DNA of 62,591 bases, filler included, from Sphacelaria rigidula (taxonomy: Eukaryota): the NCBI GenBank assembly GCA_964200075.2. It is 6 parts of 6 records of this genome, joined end to end, with 100 filler letters (N's around TTAATTAATTAA, not from the genome) between each part and the next. Parts side by side here need not be neighbours in the genome. Positions count along the whole stretch, not along the records: positions 31,353 to 41,699 come from CAXNAA020006680.1; positions 41,800 to 52,145 come from CAXNAA020006681.1; 4 more parts are not named here. The stretch is one strand, 5' to 3'. The position numbers were made by a program, and so were the translations under genes. The notes beneath the pieces are model-generated. The model saw nothing but the letters and a program-made list of their open reading frames with translations, made no database searches and was not told the DNA's origin. Below, piece after piece: positions 36,007-47,297 of this stretch (the stretch's first letter is position 1; each line of letters starts with the position of its first letter).

Positions 36007-37642
36007 CTGCAAATCAAGCAGGAAACAAGCAAAATGGAACGTGTTCACCCCAAACAACCCACAGCGCCATCAATGAGAAGATGTTGCGTGTCTCAGTATT
36101 TCACGGTTAGGGCAAATGAAATCGTGATTCAAGTCATGTTCGTCATCCCAACGAATAAATCATACGAGTCGTACATCATTTGTAATTTATACAGGTTTCG
36201 AGCTCTTGTGTCGTGCAGTACACCGTCAACTGTACCTATTTCCCACCTTCAGGTCATATGGGGTAGATCATGGACAAATGTTAACTCCCTGTAGAAAGAT
36301 ACGGAATGGATTGATGGTACATGCCACTCACACTACCATGAGACGTGAATGACATCTACATCTCTGCCATGCGTATGCCTCCGTGCGGGACGAAGAGTCG
36401 GCACATGGTTGAATCTTCTCACGACATGGGCCTTGCATCAGTTGTACTTTTCTCCCAATCTTTATGCGGTTGAGATTACTGTACTGCATATGTTATTCAC
36501 CGTCGGGTGCATGCAGGACCAACAGTTGAATACAGGTTGATTTCCGTCATGTCATGAGGAGTCAACTCGTGTAAATCGTGATTTGTCCTAACCGTGCAGT
36601 ATATCGAAAACATCAAGTACGTGACTATACTGGATATGCCATCCACATAAGAGAACCTCTGATTTTGCCTGGTAGGACAGACAGGCTTGAATCTGCACTG
36701 CTGCGTTGGTCCATCGGAGGGCAAAATTTGCATTGCTTTTCCCCCGCGGCCACGGGGGAAATCCGTCGACCTCGGACAAGAAGGGGAAACTCAATCCAGC
36801 ACAAATAAAATCCGCCTCGTTGTGGTGACAACACTCACAGTGGTCAACGGAGAATGACTGTGGCGCAAGGGAGGTGTAAGGCGACATCACACTATCCAAT
36901 GCAACGCAATCCCAACGCATCGCAAAGACGAAACGCGAACGCGAACGAAAACGCAGAACACGGGAAATGCTTCCCACATCAGCAGAGTACCCACGTGATT
37001 ACGTGGCAACACCACATAGAATGCCTCTCTTTTTTTTCGACATTCGCAGGAAATTCTATGTTATGTTGCTTTGCAAGAGTAAGCAAAAGAGTCATATCTG
37101 GAAGGAAGTGAAGACTTCGGTTTCGTTTCTTCTTCAGTGTTCGAGAGAAAAAAAGTACCCTACTGAAAAACGCTTGGACAAAACAGTTACCCTTGCTACA
37201 ATACTCGCAGACTAGTCAGTTACCCTTGCAAGTGTACTCATGTCATGTCAGACGGCAACTGAGTGCTAGCGGTATTTTTCAATCTTGCTTGAGGGGACGT
37301 ATTTTTGCCCCAAGCCTGACCCCCCAAAATGGGCAAAAAAAGTGTCACCGGCCAAGAGCACGAACAGACACGAACAGACCGACTTCTGCGGCTTATCTAG
37401 GCCCGTGGGGTAAAATGTGCCTTACGTCATCGGAAGAGAACAGCATGGATCCAAAGTTCAGATCGAGAAAGAGTGTACTGCATTCAAAATCAGAACCCTA
37501 CCGTTATTTCCGTTGCTGTTCCTCATATATTATGTGCCACTGGGTCGCTTTTCGTCCGCGCTTGTGATACCCTGGCATGCAAGGAGGCTGGTTGGGTTGA
37601 ACAAACCCAACGCGCACCGAGAACACTCAGACAAGGGCGATA

Positions 37643-38636
37643 TGTAGAGAGTCCACCTCCCGTACACGTACGTGCAGATTCATGATGATATACAAGTGGA
37701 ACAATCTGCTGTAGGCGTTTCTATTGGTTGACGGACTTGCGGGTCTGATCGGCAGACTATGTGGATTTGAACATCGCATGCTTCACGCAGGTGGTTACTT
37801 CCGATAACGAAGACTGTGTGTGAATAACAACTGTCTTGAAGTCTCCAAGCCCTAGTGAGGGAGGAAGCCCTTAGAGCAGTCTTGTGACCTTATTCTGAGT
37901 CCAGGAGGGTTCTATAATAAACGTGTATTATAGACTTCTGTCACTCAAAATCAGATCGCCATGGGGACTCCTCCCATCACGGGCACATGGACTTCAGCAG
38001 CTTTAGTTATTTATACATTAACCCTCAGCATAGTACAGGAGAACAGGACCATAGCCTTTCTCCACCAGAGTAACAAAACCGGCTCTACTCGTCATGGAGC
38101 TCACCCATCACAAAGTCCGGCAATCAGACCCGCAATCCACCGATGCAATGTCTCTAACCTTAGGTAACAATGGTGGCTAGAGTGTACAGCACCCCCAAAG
38201 CTCTCTACTACCAACACGCAGTTACATCAGCGCTTGAGAAACTCAGACATCATTGGTGCCTGATAGTACCGTCGTTTTCCGCAAAGAATACCAATCTCTT
38301 CCGCTGCTCTCGACAACAGCTCCATACAAGCTTGCCTTACTTCCGAACAACTCGAAAAAGATATAGAGCCCTCCTCGACTCAGAATAAGGTCACAAGACT
38401 GCTCTAAGGGCTTCCTCCCTCACTAGGGCTTGGAGACTTCAAGACAATTGTTATTCACGCACAGTCTTCGTTATCGGAAGTAACCACATGCGTGAAGCAT
38501 GTGATGTTCAAATCCACATAGTCTGCCGATCAGACCCGCAAGTCCGTCAACCAATAGAAACGCCTACAGCAGATTCTTCCACTTATATATCATCATGAAC
38601 CTGCACGTACGTGTACTGGAGGTGGACTACTCTACA
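37643..38636. mobile_element. ~1-kb non-autonomous element with ~265-bp TIRs (TGTAGAG..CTCTACA)
   Basis: 37643-37908 is a near-perfect reverse complement of 38368-38636. It lies in an intron of the TRF4-like gene. Confidence 0.9.
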
Positions 38637-40790
38637 GGTACATACATTCCCTGCAGAAAGTGAGGCCTTGGTAGACCCTGATTTCAACGAAAACGCGTTG
38701 TGCGCAGCCGAGGAGCATAGGGACCGTCAGCACTACTAAAATTCCCATTCTCGCCGTACACACTCAAATCGAGTAATATCAACCATAAACATTTGTAGCC
38801 CAACGCCGGTAACTGAAACCAGGAAACTGAACCATTTTGGGGGGGGGGATGCGGATCAACTCCGGGTCAACATGATGTGCTCAACATGCGACAAAGCCAT
38901 ATGTACTGATGAACTTCGACGAGGACGGCCCTTACACAGACGAGTGGAGTACAAATAGTCACCGGGTGTGTAATGTGGGCTGGGCGGGTGTCGGTCCACC
39001 ACCTCGGCATTTTTTGAGGAGCCTGATTTATTGGCTGCCATCATTCCACAGGGTTTGTCGGATGAATGACTCGCGTTGTGCGAGTGTATTTGTTGTTCCG
39101 TGAGCATGGCTTTTCATTCGATGAATGTGATGTTCATTAGTCCTTTGACCGCGACGGTTGGTCACATGCTGAATCGGCATCATTTTTCACTTGAAAAAAG
39201 TATGCATGGTCCAGATGGACCAACCTCGCGGTCTAGACTCCAAAGATATTGTGTTGCAAGAGGGAATGAAAACAAACCGTCGTCCGTGACCCACCAGTAC
39301 TGATACAACAGATGCATGTCTTCGGACGGGTGGGTCCACTGAAAGACATGAATGAAGCTTCGGTGCCATGTGGCTTCAGCGAAAGTGGGGGGACGACTTT
39401 ATGCTGTCTTTTGGGTCGTCTTGACGCAGTATACTTTACCATTCGGGGGGGAAGTTGGTTCATCTCGATCTTAGTGTGGAAACCGAAATCCGGATCTTTC
39501 ATGGGGGCTGTGCTCCTAGCATGCTCCTAGCATGTCAAGAACGCGTTTTTGTCTAAAACGGTGCCTGATGCGCCGATTTGAGGCCCGGCAACGCACCCTT
39601 TGCCCAGGCAGGACGTTGCAACTCCCCTTGCCCGAGGGCTCTCGGCATGCCTTCGTTGTGGTTAGGGTTAGGGCCAGTGTTATAATTTGTTCTCTCCGCT
39701 GCTGCGAGGTCGCCAAGATGATTCTAGCTTCTGGGGGTTCGGTCGAAGGTTCAAATTCTACACCTGTCGAACATTCCACATATCTGATGTATCAATCATC
39801 TGCACTATACAGAGTCATTCATGGGTGTCATGTATTCTGAGGTCGTTAGACAGGGGTGAGGTTTTCGCGTTTTGTGGAAAACGGCGAGGGTTGGGAGGCG
39901 CGCGTTCGCGATCATAGCCCAATCAGTCTCAGAAAATACTCATCGCCACGGCCATCGATTGGGATGCGACTTTTCGCATCATCTGCGCCAAGACGACAGC
40001 CACAATTGTACAGGATGATTTTTTTTGTTTCTTCAGGATGCGATTTTTATAACGAATTAAGCAAGAATTAAGTAAAAAAAACGTGTTTTTTTGCGATTTT
40101 CTCAATCACCGTAACTTCTTTGGGAAAACCATCCGGTCCGATTGTAGCTTGGAAAAATACACGCCGGTGAGTAGCCAAGCCACACCGTGGTTCGTACTCG
40201 GGAACGAGAAACTTCGAAACCGTGCAAAGGAAACCCTACTCAAACCAAAAGTACTTTGAGGGATTTTACGGCGTGCATAGTCAGGGGATGAACTAGATCT
40301 CCGATCTGTTCGTGCTTTTGGTCGGCGACACTGTGTAGGCTCATTTTGGGGGGTCAGGCGCGCCCATTACTGTGGACGTCATGCATGTGCATATCCGAGA
40401 CCGACACCACAAAATGCGCAAGGGATGGAGAGACATTCGTGTCACGGAAAAGGCCGCTCAAGTAGGCAAGTGAGACGACAGGCATTGAAACGGCCCGCCT
40501 TCCCTGTCTTTCGTCAATTTTTCTGACCGCAGACAACGAGGTGTGTCACCTTAAAGAGCACGAGACAATGAGATCGGAGGCACACCTGGGACATTAACCA
40601 GTCTGCCCAAATTCTTCATCAAATATAAACGAAGAGAATGTATTAATGCCCTGAGGGACCTTCGAAGACAACAACAGCCATGCGTCAGGATAGCGGGAGC
40701 TACTCCTCCCTTGATGACTCTCCTGAGGATTCCCTAGCTTTCGAGTGTTGGACACTAAACATAAATGACACGAACAACACACATACTCAC

Positions 40791-40916
40791 GTGCGCCGCC
40801 TTTCCTCCGATGTAGGCATCAAAAGGTCGCAGGCATCCAACACCTCATTGTGCAAAGTCCGGTACGGGAACCCTTTGCACATGCTCTCCTTCCTGTACCA
40901 CGGTGGAATCTCGCCG
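40791..40916 (-). CDS. TRF4/PAPD5-type non-canonical poly(A) polymerase (terminal nucleotidyltransferase), exon
   Basis: GEIPPWYRKESMCKGFPYRTLHNEVLDACDLLMPTSEERRR resembles the PW...LHxEIxDF...PTxEE N-terminal block of TRF4-like enzymes. GTGAGT donor in phase 2. The acceptor is uncertain by about 3 nt. Confidence 0.8.
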
Positions 40917-40998
40917 CTGCTTTCAGGATTCAAAATGCATATACATATATATATATATAGATACAGAGGGAAAGAGAAGGAGAGAAAGAGAGAGGAGG

Positions 40999-41605
40999 GG
41001 GTGTACTGAGTTGTTGATTGCCTCAGTCGTTTGACCATTGACCACGCATACCTTTCGAGACAGAGCACCGTTCCTTCCCTCAATAGAGAGACCTCCAACA
41101 TGGGGGCTCACTACGTTCCTTCCATGCATTACACAAAAAGCTTTTACATATCTTATCCCCGTCCTGTTTCACCGTCTGTGGCCACCATCTATCTCCTAGT
41201 ATAGCCATCGTTTTTTCACTTCTGTCTAATGCATTAAACGATTTCATGCCACCTTCGTTCACGTCCCGTATTTCCACCTCCAGCACGTCCCGTCCCTCCT
41301 TGTATAGTTCACACTCTGTCACTACATGAGCTCTGCTCTCTATTCTTCTGCCACGGAAGTAGTTCTGTGCATCTACTCCCTTCTCCTCTCGACTACTGGT
41401 AAATCTATTTCTTCTTTCTGGCAGATCCAGGTCCCCAACCCAAGATCACAGTTTCAAAATTTTCGCCGCGCCCATTCGGCCATGCAGATACGTTTCCATC
41501 CCTATCCCCTCTCTCAATCCCCCGTAAATCTTCAGGTGTTCTTCCTCGTGCCTACTTTACGCTCCTCTCCCCCTTATTTCTATCATGTCCCTTACTTTGT
41601 ACATG
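40999..41605 (-). mobile_element. 5'-truncated LINE, ORF2 C-terminus and 3' end
   Basis: Disrupted frame EEHLKIYG..GMETYLHG..VGDLDLPERR..ECELYKEGRDVLE..AILGDRWWPQ. Shorter copies of the same 3' end at about 20989-21010, 31114-31252, 52246-52270 and 52940-53185. Confidence 0.75.
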
Positions 41606-43115
41606 GGGCGGGGGGGGGGGGGGGGGGGGTCCTCTTTTTTTTTTTTCCTTTGGGGTTTGGCCGTTTACCCCCCCCCCCTTTCGGGGCGGGGGCGGGGGGN
41701 NNNNNNNNNNNNNNNNNNNNNNNNNNNNNNNNNNNNNNNNNNNTTAATTAATTAANNNNNNNNNNNNNNNNNNNNNNNNNNNNNNNNNNNNNNNNNNNNC
41801 ATGCATACGTTTTTTTACTTGAAATTGATGCCGATTCAACAGAAGACTAACCTCGCGGTCTAAGGGTTATTAAGGTATCGCCTGGCGCTTTCCCTCAGAC
41901 TCCGTCCCCATAGCCCGCCTTTACCCATACATTTCTGCATCTGCAGGAAAAAGGGGGTGGGATAGATAGTGCTCAGGATGATAGAAAACATCAGATGTCG
42001 CTCACCACTAGCTGCCCATGTTGTTTTGTGGCCGGTATAAACATGCGTGCACAGTACTCGTCGTGTCTGTGTTTGCGTGTTCATATTTTTTCGCCCCAGA
42101 TTGGAACATGCGTGGGCGCATGGTCCTTAACTGCGCAACACTCATCTTCCCTTACTGCACAACGGCACTCGATGTTTCGGCGTGTTTGAAGGACTCCGAT
42201 GCAGTCTGGTAGGAGGTTGAAGTCGCCGCCTTACATCATCATGATCAAGGCGCTCCTGGTTTGACGTCAACGGGATATGAACCACGGCTCCTTATGCATG
42301 AGTGGTTGAGGAGGTAGCCCAAGTCTATCGCGGTCTTGTGTTAACAATTGGTCGGCACCACACGCGGAGAACTTCGGAAGACATCCCTCGAGAGTTGCTC
42401 ATCTCGAGCAGACTCAGTCATGTCGTGCTCACGTCATACGGCCTTGATCGTTAGGTGATATCGTCCGCAATTGTTTTCCTTAGCTTGGAATATGAGACAA
42501 ATGGGATGTTCCCGAAACGTGACGTGTCATGGGTACGGCATCATGTTTACCCCTGCTGCACCACGCAGGTTTTGTGCCGCCGACGGTAAACTCTTCTAGC
42601 ACTGCTCACAGCAAGGCGAACCGTTTTCAATGTATTCTCACCTGTGGGCCCTCACCCTCTTCGCCACGCGGGAGGTGATCTTTCGGCGACCCGGGGTCAC
42701 GCTCAAGGACAAGCTTAGGGTTCCCAAACCGATAACTTGTCGAGCAGGGCAAGATATGGGCCATCGAGTCAGGTTTACTTCCATCGCTGCTCCAGGCAGG
42801 TGTTGTAACTTGTGAAGGGTTGACCTCCGGTTGTTCGTTTTACAGGCATGGAGACTGCGTCCTTACTTACACTGACGCGCTGTGATCGAGGACAATAGGC
42901 TTTGGGCAGACAACGGGGACTACCCGGCCGATAGCGAAACATCCCTTGGTGACCTCGTGTTCCCCGTCATTCGCGAAGAAGCTGTATCGTTCCATGTCTA
43001 CTTCACCCGATGTGTACGCTGTCCCATACTTTTCGATGGGTTGCAATAAGCGGAGACAGGGAGGTCGGACCTCTGACCCCATGCAGGTGATAGATATCTA
43101 CACTACCTTAGTCGT

Positions 43116-43453
43116 GCCGGTCACCCGGGTGGCTCAGTTGGTAACCTCGAAACCTTTCGACGGTTGGGTCGTGGGTTCAAATCTCAGAGCGATCTGGGAT
43201 TTTTTCTCACACCAGGGAGGAGCGACTATATCGTGGGTACACAAAGTTCGACTTCACAGTCGAATAGGCAAAGGGACTGCTGAACCCCTCTGGCGATTAA
43301 AAAATGGCAAGCACCGCAGAAGGAAGGTACGGTATTATGACCAAATGAAATAAAAGCTTCTGTGTTGACCTTGCTCCTGTGTGACCGCGGCCGGTGCGCC
43401 CACAAATACTGAAAGGTGTAGACCGGCGTCCAAAATAAATGAGTTGGCAACAC
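43116..43453 (+). mobile_element. tRNA-derived SINE
   Basis: Pol III A box TGGCTCAGTTGG and B box GGTTCAAATC in a tRNA-like head, followed by a ~260-bp body shared with two other copies. Confidence 0.85.
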
Positions 43454-45644
43454 TCGAGTGCGATATCATCGTACAGACTCCTATTTAAGATCGAGTTTCG
43501 GCGTTTTATCCCGTAGACCGCGAGGACGGTAGTCCATCTGTATCACTAACACCTTTTGCGAGTGACAGTGACGCCGATTCCGCAGCTAACCTACCGTCGT
43601 GGTCAGAGGGTCAACAGCTGACAGGTTCCGAAATATCCGAATTTGCCATGCAACATAAATGGTCATCGTTATCATACTCAGTAATACGGTGTTTGCGAAG
43701 ATCAAATTCGGGTCAGGGCTTGGACGTTTTAATTGCCCCGAAGTCCAAAGCCAGTCCAAAGTCCGATGGTTGCGTTTCGCTCGGTTTGGACTTTCAAAAT
43801 GAGATTATATTGGCCAACAGGCGTGACGTGTAACGTTTCACCGTCCTCCCGACAAAACACACCACACCAGCCACCTCGCCGCTCGCGCAAGCACCAGAGC
43901 ACACGCCTAAAACATGGCGAATCAGCAGGTGATGGTATGGTTGTGGTGTTCTATTGAGGTCAGCACATCACGATATGCACAAGGAAATAGTATTTTGAGC
44001 GCAACTTGACACAGACAGCGATTGACGTGACGTGTATGCGGTTTTCACAGAAGTTGTTGCAGACCAAGAGGATCATTTTGATCACAAATCATTAATCACG
44101 TGGGCACATACGACATACTTTTTACTCGTGGCCTGTCTTTGCCGCCTGCCTGCGCCTCTTGTGTCCCCAACATAGCTTCACACTGTAGTGTTGCTGTGGA
44201 ACACTAAGTAGAGACACCAGTAGCATGCAGTAGACTGTGTTCAGTGCAGAAGGATGCACGCTCACTGTTTCTTGCTGCTGAGTCCAGCGCAGATATACAA
44301 CTGATACTTACTTTGTCTGCACTTTAAGTGCGGGTGGGTGTTAAGTCGTCAGGGTTTCCCCTGTAGAATTTTCTCTATATTTCCGGAGCGTGCAGGTACA
44401 CCCTAGGTAACAGATAGCAGTAGGTCGTATTGTAAAGTGTATTATTATCCGTGTTTAGTCTGTCCCAAACTAAGTCGTATCATTCCTCCGAAAGGCGATC
44501 AATAATTCGGTGCCACCCCAACTCTGTACATACCGCAACACCGCATGCAGCACGACAGCTGTTCAGGCACTCTCGAGCGCTCATCGCACCGTGATCGTTG
44601 TAAAGTGTTTAAATGAACAACAGCACAGCTATAACTACAGCATATAAATGGTTAGTTTGGGAAGCGTCTTGTTCGCTTGGCTCGAGACGAAATAGCCAAC
44701 ACACCATGAAGGTGTCAACAGGAACGGTGTCTAGAGTGCACCACGTGTTGACACCAGGTTGACAGCATGGTTTTTCGAGGAGACGAACGACCAAGGCGTC
44801 TTCGACAAGGTCTTGAGACACCACAGCGCAGCAACAGCTAAAGCACAAGAGACAGCGCCTGAGTGTGTTTGTGCTGCAGCACAGTGACATAGGACATGTC
44901 TCATGCCATAGTTCTTCCCCTGATTTCAGATGAGCTCGATGTTTGCCGAATGGCCGTTTATTGTACAAACGCTGGGCCATAACTGCGATTTTCACGCGAA
45001 GCGCGATCATGGTCAAGCGTTCAAAAATTGGATCTCGGCAAAAAATGAGCACCCGTCTGAAATGGGGAGAAGAACTATTTCATGGGACATCAAGGCAGAC
45101 AGCTCCTGTCATCAAACGCTTGGGATAGAGCAGCTCCGTGCTGGCTCAGTTTGTTCGCCCCAACGTGCACGCGTCCGCCTTGCGTGTCTTCTCCGATCCC
45201 AGCACCCGACTATAGCTGAAGTACAGGCGGGGACGCCACAGACAGCTGCACAGTACAGTCGTCACGTGATGGTTTCATCGTTTCACCTTTGTGTACAGAC
45301 AGTAGCTAGTGTACAGCCTTTGATCTCACCCCATTTCTCTGCTTACCGGAACATCGCATGCCGCGCTACAACTGTTCAGGCACTCTCCAGGGGACATCAC
45401 ACCATGTTCGTCGTAAAGTGTTCAAGTGCACAACAGCACAGCGACAACTACAGCAAAGAAATGGTGGGTGTGGGAAGCGCCCTGTTCGTTTCATGGAAAA
45501 CGAAACAGCCAACACAGTGTGTAAATAGCACTGCGTGCCGAAAAACAAAGTTTTCCTCATTTTCTGCAAGAACCAAGGCAGTGACAGTGAAGTAAGGCAA
45601 CTGACGCAATCCCAGCGAACACCAAACCGTCTTCGTGAAGGTCC

Positions 45645-47297
45645 TGTTGCAGGTTAAGGGCAACTTTTCGCTTAAGGGCAACTTTTCGCTTAAGGGCAAG
45701 CGGTCCGGATTAAGGGCAAGCGCCCCTGACTATGGAGAAGCGCCCCTGACTATGGGGAAGCGCACGTGGGTAAGGGGAAGCGCCCCTGACTATGGGGAAG
45801 CGCACGTGGGTAAGGGGAAGCGCCCCTGACTGTGGGGAAGCGCCCCTGACTATGGGGAAGCGCACCTGGGTAAGGGGAAGCGCCCCTGACTATGGGGAAG
45901 CGCACCTGGGTAAGGGGAAGCACACCTGGGTAAGGGGAAGCACACCTGGGTAAGGGGAAGCGCACCTGGGGAGAGGGGAGCGCACCTGGATAGGGGCAAG
46001 CGCCTCTGACTATTGGCATCTGCCCCTAGCGACGGAGAAGCGATACACGTATCGTCAAGATATTTCCGAATCAGCCGAAGAATGCCGAACTGTCTAGGGC
46101 GTGCTAAGGACCCACGATACATGTGTCTCTGGCTCGTGGGCACACGATACAGGTGTTGTCGCAGGTTAAGGGTAACGCCCGATTAAAGGCAACTTTTCGC
46201 TTAAGGGCAAGCGGTCCGGGTTAAGGACAAGCGCCCCTGACTATGGGGAAGCGCCCCTGGTTAGGGGGGAACGACCCGGATTAGGGGCAAGCGCCCCTGA
46301 CTATGGGGAAACGCACCTGGGTAAGGGCAAGCGCCTCTGACTACGGGGGAGCGCACCTGGGTAGGGGGAAGCGCCCCTGACTATGGGGAAGCGCACCTGA
46401 CTATGGGGAAGCGTATCCGGGGAAGGGGAAGCGCACCTGGGTAGGGGGAAGCGCACCCGGGGAAGGGGAAGCGCACCTAAGTAGGGGGGAGCGCATCTGG
46501 ATACGGGCAAGCGCCCCTGAATATTGGCATCTGCCCCTATAGCGACGGAGAAGCGATACACGTATCGTCATCATATTCCCGAATCAGCCGAAGAATGCCA
46601 AACTGTCTAGGGCGTGCTAAGTGTAATGCGTGAGAGGACCGCGTGCCTAGAGGACCACATCGGAATTTGAATATCCCTATGGTTAGGGTTAGGGTTAGGG
46701 TTAGGGTTAGGGTATTGTGAGTCCTTAGTGTAATGTGTGAGAGGATCGCGTGCTTAGAGGACCGTGCCGTAGTTCGAAACACCTCAGGATTGACGTTTTT
46801 CAAAACCAATCCGGCCAGTCCCTGCAGGTACTACGCCCCTGACCATAACCCCGACATTAACACTAACCCTAACCCCAACCCTAACCCTAACCATAGGGAT
46901 ATTCAAATTCCGATGTGGTCCTCTAAGCACGCGGTCCTCTTACGTATTACACTTAGCACGCCCTAGACAGTTTGGCGTTCTTCGGTTGATTCGGGAATAT
47001 GATGACGATACGTGTATCGCTTCTCCGTCGCTATAGGGGCAGATGCCAATATTCAGGGGCGCTTGCCCATATCCAGATGCGCTCCCCCCTACCCAGGTGC
47101 GCTTCCCCATAGTCAGGGGCGCTTGCCCTTAACCAGGTGCGCTCCCCCATAGTCAGGGGCGCTTGCCCTTAATCCGGGCCCTTCCCCCCTAACCAGGGGC
47201 GCTTCACCATAGTCAGGGGCGCTTGCCCTTAATCCCGGACCGCTTGCCGTTAAGCGAAACGTTGCCCTTAACCGGGCGTTGCCCTTAACCTGCAACA
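45645..47297. mobile_element. Composite foldback element with 20-bp minisatellite arms
   Basis: Ends TGTTGCAGGTTAAGGG / CCCTTAACCTGCAACA. Arms are built of ggtaaggggaagcgcacctg and actatggggaagcgcccctg units. There are two left arms (45645, ~46156), one right arm and nested TTAGGG MITEs. Confidence 0.85.

Noticed and set aside
43116..43195. tRNA gene
   Set aside because: Has A and B boxes but no proper cloverleaf, and continues into a body shared by three dispersed copies, so it is a SINE head.
46680..46712. True chromosome end
   Set aside because: Only about 5 TTAGGG units, internal to a MITE and flanked by non-telomeric sequence on both sides.
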